Shown here: positions 59,819 through 64,000 of the stretch, piece by piece
How the letters are laid out: each line of letters starts with the position of its first letter
How positions within the stretch are numbered: position 1 is the stretch's first letter
Assembly (NCBI RefSeq): GCF_030656345.1
Contig: NZ_JAUSNR010000014.1
Coordinates: 2,179-66,178, forward strand
Reading direction: 5' to 3'
Length of the DNA: 64,000 nt
Origin: Pseudotabrizicola sp.
GTDB lineage: Bacteria > Pseudomonadota > Alphaproteobacteria > Rhodobacterales > Rhodobacteraceae
Translations under genes and position numbers: made by a program
The notes under the pieces: generated by a model
Database searches by the model: none
What the model was told of the DNA's origin: nothing
What the model saw: only the letters and a program-made list of their open reading frames with translations

Positions 59819-60563
59819 GACGCATATCCTTTTGCTCGGCGGCACGACCGAAGCGGGACTTCTGGCCCGCGCTTTGGCCGATGCGGGGCTGCGCACGGTC
59901 TATTCCTACGCCGGGCGTACCGCAGCGCCGGTCGCGCAGCCGGTCCCGGTCAGGGTGGGCGGCTTTGGTGGGGTGGCGGGGTTGCAGGCGTATCTGCGCG
60001 ACCAGCGGATCAGCCATGTGGTCGATGCAACCCATCCCTTTGCCGCACAGATGAGCCGGAACGCGGTGGCAGCCTGCGCCGCTTTGGGGCTGCCGCTGAT
60101 CGGGTATGAGCGCAGCGGCTGGGTCGCGGGGCCGGGCGATGACTGGCGGGCGGTGCCCGACATCGCCGCCGCTGTTGCGGCCCTGCCCGACCGCGCGGCG
60201 CGGGTCTTTCTGGCGATCGGGCGGCAGCATCTGGCCGCCTTTGCCGCCAGACCCCAGCACAGCTACCTGCTGCGGCTGGTGGACTGCCCGGAAAGCCTGC
60301 CGTTGCCGCAGGCTCAGGTTGTGGTCGCGCGCGGACCCTTCACCACCGAAGCCGACCTTGCGCTGCTGCGGGCGCAGGCAATTACCCATATTGTGGCCAA
60401 GAATGCCGGCGGCACCGGGGCACGCGCCAAGCTGGACGCTGCGCGACTGCTGGGTCTGCCGGTTATTCTGATCGATCGGCCTGCGCTGCCGCAGCGGCAG
60501 GTTGCGGGGTCGGTTGCAGAGGTGATGCGCTGGCTGGGTCATTCTGCCGACCTTGGGGTATAG
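59817..60563 (+). CDS. cobK: Precorrin-6A reductase
   Basis: LLGGTTEA, GGFGG, VDATHPFA, KNAGG. Confidence 0.95.
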   Translation: MTHILLLGGTTEAGLLARALADAGLRTVYSYAGRTAAPVAQPVPVRVGGFGGVAGLQAYLRDQRISHVVDATHPFAAQMSRNAVAACAALGLPLIGYERSGWVAGPGDDWRAVPDIAAAVAALPDRAARVFLAIGRQHLAAFAARPQHSYLLRLVDCPESLPLPQAQVVVARGPFTTEADLALLRAQAITHIVAKNAGGTGARAKLDAARLLGLPVILIDRPALPQRQVAGSVAEVMRWLGHSADLGV

Positions 60564-61273
60564 ACAAAGCGGCCGACCCGGCGCGTCGTTGCGTTGCCGA
60601 CCAGAACAACCGTGCGCATATCGGCCATCTCTGGTCTGGCGTCGTTCAGGGTGACGGTGGTGATCGTCTGATCGGGAGTTGAAACCGCGCGGGCAAATGT
60701 GATCAGCCGGTCCGGCGTGCAGGTGTCGCGCAGGATGGCCAGAACCCGGCCAAAGCCTTCGGGGCGGCTGGCCGAGCGCGGGTTGTAAAAGGCCATGGCG
60801 AAATCGGCACCCGCCGCTGCGCGCACCCGCGCCTCGATCAGGGCAAAGGGTTTCAGGTTGTCCGACAGGTTGATCGCGCAGAAATCGTGGCCCAGCGGTG
60901 CCCCGGCGGCCGCAGCGGCGGCAAGCATCGCCGTGATTCCGGGCAGCACGCGGATATCAAGTGCTTGCCAGTCGGGCCGATCCTCCAGCGCCTCGAACAC
61001 GGCAGAGGCCATTGCGAACACGCCGGGATCGCCGGACGACACAATGACCGCGTGACGCCCCGCAGCCGCCAGCGTCAGCGCGGCGCGGGCGCGGGCCAGT
61101 TCCTCACGGTTGTCAGACGGGTGCAGGGTCAGGCCCGGGCGGGGGGCGATGCGGGCGACGTAGGGAATATAGCCAAGAATATCAGTCGCCTGCGCCAGAG
61201 CCGCCGTCACTTCGGGCGTGACCAAGCGGGGATCGCCGGGGCCCAGACCCGCGATGATGACAGATCCGGTCAT
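60539..61273 (-). CDS. cobJ: Precorrin-3B C17-methyltransferase
   Basis: SSGDPGVFAMA, HDFCAINLSD, FYNPRS, YTPR. Confidence 0.95.
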   Translation of the reverse strand: MTGSVIIAGLGPGDPRLVTPEVTAALAQATDILGYIPYVARIAPRPGLTLHPSDNREELARARAALTLAAAGRHAVIVSSGDPGVFAMASAVFEALEDRPDWQALDIRVLPGITAMLAAAAAAGAPLGHDFCAINLSDNLKPFALIEARVRAAAGADFAMAFYNPRSASRPEGFGRVLAILRDTCTPDRLITFARAVSTPDQTITTVTLNDARPEMADMRTVVLVGNATTRRVGRFVYTPRSAE

Positions 61274-62007
61274 TCCAGGGCCTCGGGCCTGCGGCCTTTG
61301 CCATGCACCAGCACAATCGCGAAATAGGGGCAGTCGGTGCCCTCGACCTCGGCCAGCCGGATGATCCGCTGGCCGGGCATGGTGCCGCGTTCCACCAGCC
61401 AGGCATCGTCCAGCCGACCGGCCCGTGCCAGAGCGCGGCGCACGCGCGGCAGGTTGCGCCCGGTCTTCATCACCACCAAAGCGTCGGCGGCCTGCATGTG
61501 GCCTGCCAGAACATCCTCGGCCATGGTGCCGGTCAGCACGGTCAGCACATCGTCGCCCCAGGTGATCGGCTGGTCCACAGCCCCCCAGCACCCGACCATG
61601 CCGGGGATGCCCGCAATCACCTCGACCTGCGCCCGGCCCTGCAGACGGCTGTGCAGATGCATGAACGAGCCGTAAAAGAACGGGTCGCCTTCACACAGCA
61701 CCACAACCTCGGTGGTTCTGGCCAGGTCAGCCAGCCGCGACGCCCAATCGTCATAGAACGCGGCCAGCAGGCGGATGTAATCAGGGCTGTCAAAGGGCAG
61801 TTCGGTGGTAACAGGATATTCCATCGGATATTCAGTCACATCCGCCGCCAGAAGACCTGTCACGATCTGCCGCGCCTGACCCTGCCGGCCCGGCTTACGG
61901 AAATAGGCGATATGGGTCGCGCCCCGGATCACACGATCGGCCCGGACCGAGATCAGATCGGGGTCGCCGGGGCCGAGGCCCGCGCAGATGATGCGGCCCG
62001 GGGTCAT
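61270..62007 (-). CDS. cobI: Precorrin-2 C20-methyltransferase
   Basis: GLGPGDPDL, YPVTTE, CEGDPFFYGS. Confidence 0.95.
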   Translation of the reverse strand: MTPGRIICAGLGPGDPDLISVRADRVIRGATHIAYFRKPGRQGQARQIVTGLLAADVTEYPMEYPVTTELPFDSPDYIRLLAAFYDDWASRLADLARTTEVVVLCEGDPFFYGSFMHLHSRLQGRAQVEVIAGIPGMVGCWGAVDQPITWGDDVLTVLTGTMAEDVLAGHMQAADALVVMKTGRNLPRVRRALARAGRLDDAWLVERGTMPGQRIIRLAEVEGTDCPYFAIVLVHGKGRRPEALE

Positions 62008-62633
62008 TCGCTGCGGCTCGCAAGGGCGTTGATGGCGGCGACGGTGACGGCCGATCCGCCCAACCGCCCTTCAACCACCAGCGCAGGCACCGGGGGGGCG
62101 GCGATCAGCGCGGCCTTGCTTTCGGCGGCACCCACAAAGCCCACCGGGCAGCCGATGATGGCGGCCGGGCGCGGGCAAGCGGGGTCTTCGAGCATGTTCA
62201 GCAGGTGGAACAGCGCAGTGGGCGCATTGCCGATGGCAACAACTGCGCCCGCCAGATGCGGCCGCCACAGGTCCAGCGCTGCCGCCGACCGGGTGTTCCC
62301 CATTGCGGCGGCAAGGCCCGGCACCGATGGGTCGTGCAAGGTGCAGATCACCGGGTTGCCTGCAGGCAGACGGTTGCGGGTGATCCCTTCGCTGACCATG
62401 CGCGCGTCGCACAGGATCGGCGCACCCGCTTCCAACGCGGCGCGCGCGGCGGTGGCCATGCCGGGCGAAAAGCGGATCGCGGAGGCCAGGTCGACCATGC
62501 CCGCGGCATGGATCATGCGCACCGCGACGATTTCTTCGTCTGCGGCGAACCGGGCAAGGTCAGCCTCGGCGCGGATCATCGCAAAGCTTTGCCGGTAGAT
62601 CGCTGCACCGTCGGTTTCATACAGATGCGGCAT
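62004..62633 (-). CDS. cobH: Precorrin-8X methylmutase
   Basis: IYRQSF, GNAPTAL, PVGFVGAAESK, GGSA. Confidence 0.96.
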   Translation of the reverse strand: MPHLYETDGAAIYRQSFAMIRAEADLARFAADEEIVAVRMIHAAGMVDLASAIRFSPGMATAARAALEAGAPILCDARMVSEGITRNRLPAGNPVICTLHDPSVPGLAAAMGNTRSAAALDLWRPHLAGAVVAIGNAPTALFHLLNMLEDPACPRPAAIIGCPVGFVGAAESKAALIAAPPVPALVVEGRLGGSAVTVAAINALASRSE

Positions 62634-63792
62634 GGGTCCATTCCTTCAGGGTGGCGGCCAGAGCAGCGGGTGGCACGATGCACGCGGCCGGGTCGCAGGC
62701 GCGGCCACCGGGGATGACGGCAATGCCGCTTGCGGTCCAGGTCAGGGTCAGATCGGCGGGGCCGGGATGCGCGCAGCCTTTGGCGCAGCCTGAAATGTGC
62801 AGGGTCTTGCCCGGCGGGGGCAGCAGGCCAAGGTCGCGCGTGGGGCCGATGGCCTGCGGGCACCCCGGCACTCCGGTGCAGGCGAAGCGCCGATGGCGCG
62901 GGGCGGCGGGGTTTAGCAGGAAGGCGGGGTCGCCCTGCAGGGCGGCAAGATCGGGCGCGCCGGGCAGATGCACCCCGCGCCACGGCGTCAGGTGCAGGTT
63001 GCCGCCCGCGTTCCGGGCCAGATGGCGCAAGGCAGGTGCCTCGATCAGGCCGAAGTCAAAGCCGGTCGTGGCCGGTCGTGCGCCTGCCTCATCAGGCGCG
63101 GTATCCCCCGCCAATGCGGGCGGCAGCACCGCCCCGCGCGCCAGATGGTCGCGCATCCGCCCCCGGCCATCCGGGCCGATTCCGCCGGAAAAGGCGAACC
63201 AGCGCGCCATCTTCAGCACCAGATCGACCGCCTGTCCGGGCGTCGTGCTGCGGCCAAGCGCAGATCCGTCGGCACGCACCACCACGCGACCTTGCGCGCT
63301 TTCAATCCTGATATCAGCGCTTTCCGTCTGCAGGCAGGGCTGGCCTGACACATCCAGTGCAAAACCGAACTTGCCGGGAAGCCGGGGCGCATCTTTGGCG
63401 GCCAGCGCTTGGCGCAGTGCGGTCCATAGCGCAGGAGTGCCCTGACCTGACCAGCCCGGTGCTACCAGAATGTTCAGCCGCGCCTCCGCCAGCGGATCAA
63501 GCGACGGATCAAGCAGGCCCAGTGCCACAAGTCCGTCCTGCAAGGCACTAAGCTGCGCCTCGGTCACGCCCCGGATCTGCAGGTTCGCGCGATTGGTCAG
63601 CTGCAGGATGCCGCTGCCCTGCGCCTGCGCCAGATCGGCCAGACCCGACGCCTGTTCGGGTGTCAGCAGGGCCAGCGGCGGGCGCACCCGCACCACCAAG
63701 CCGTCGCCCGATGCCATCGGACGCAGGGCGCCGGGGCACCAGCCTTTGACCACGGGCCGCCGGTTTGCCGGGCTGTCCGGCATCGCGCTCAT
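62617..63792 (-). CDS. cobG: Precorrin-3B synthase
   Basis: GWCPGALRPMASGDG, RANLQIRG, ACTGVPGC, HISGCAKGCAHP. Confidence 0.9.
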   Translation of the reverse strand: MSAMPDSPANRRPVVKGWCPGALRPMASGDGLVVRVRPPLALLTPEQASGLADLAQAQGSGILQLTNRANLQIRGVTEAQLSALQDGLVALGLLDPSLDPLAEARLNILVAPGWSGQGTPALWTALRQALAAKDAPRLPGKFGFALDVSGQPCLQTESADIRIESAQGRVVVRADGSALGRSTTPGQAVDLVLKMARWFAFSGGIGPDGRGRMRDHLARGAVLPPALAGDTAPDEAGARPATTGFDFGLIEAPALRHLARNAGGNLHLTPWRGVHLPGAPDLAALQGDPAFLLNPAAPRHRRFACTGVPGCPQAIGPTRDLGLLPPPGKTLHISGCAKGCAHPGPADLTLTWTASGIAVIPGGRACDPAACIVPPAALAATLKEWTHAASV

Positions 63793-64000
63793 GCGCTGCT
63801 CCTCAGACTGGCGGCGATGGAATTGCGGCGGGTCGCCCACAGGCCGGCCTCGTGAAGCCGCTGAAACAGGCTTTCTATCGCCGCCAGCGCTGCGGGGTTT
63901 TCGCGGGCCAGAAAGCTGCGCAGGTCGTCCCGGCCCAGGGTCGCATCGTGATAAAGGTCAAAAAGATGCGACGGCACCACGCCTGCCAGATGTGCAAACG
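63789..64000 (-). CDS. cobN: Cobaltochelatase CobN, C-terminal end (gene runs out of the window)
   Basis: VPSHLFDLYHDATL...ENPAAL...GLWATRRNS. Confidence 0.85.
   Translation of the reverse strand, partial: FAHLAGVVPSHLFDLYHDATLGRDDLRSFLARENPAALAAIESLFQRLHEAGLWATRRNSIAASLRSSA

Overview
GC-rich alphaproteobacterial (Rhodobacteraceae-like) window, gene-dense, with no rRNA, tRNA, CRISPR or recognisable transposase/integrase. Left to right: (1) a partial LysR regulator and a solitary GSU2403-type nucleotidyltransferase preceded by a tandem pair of palindromes; (2) sulfur/metal homeostasis genes (SulP, DUF2892, BigR/SqrR-like ArsR, CDF exporter with an alpha5-type ArsR, rhodanese); (3) an RHH-VOC-Tat-GMC oxidoreductase unit and a frameshifted LysR facing a DUF1127-like gene; (4) a probable D-apiose uptake and catabolism locus (isomerase, split transketolase, FGGY kinase, ABC transporter, DeoR); (5) a TPP-riboswitch thi operon without thiC but with pyrimidine salvage genes; (6) a ~19 kb general-stress island (PaoABC-like oxidoreductase, BON proteins, PfpI, topoisomerase IB, MscS, two Ku, LigD) carrying ten GGAAC-N16/17-(C/G/T)GTT EcfG-type promoter motifs; (7) an aerobic cobalamin cluster (cobN'GHIJ-K-LEMBA, cbiM-like, cobF) ending in a translationally coupled APH-fold kinase. 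Best leads: the cob-coupled kinase (candidate aminopropanol kinase), the palindrome-controlled nucleotidyltransferase, and the stress island co-regulating Topo IB with NHEJ. All product calls come from motif recognition by eye, without database searches.
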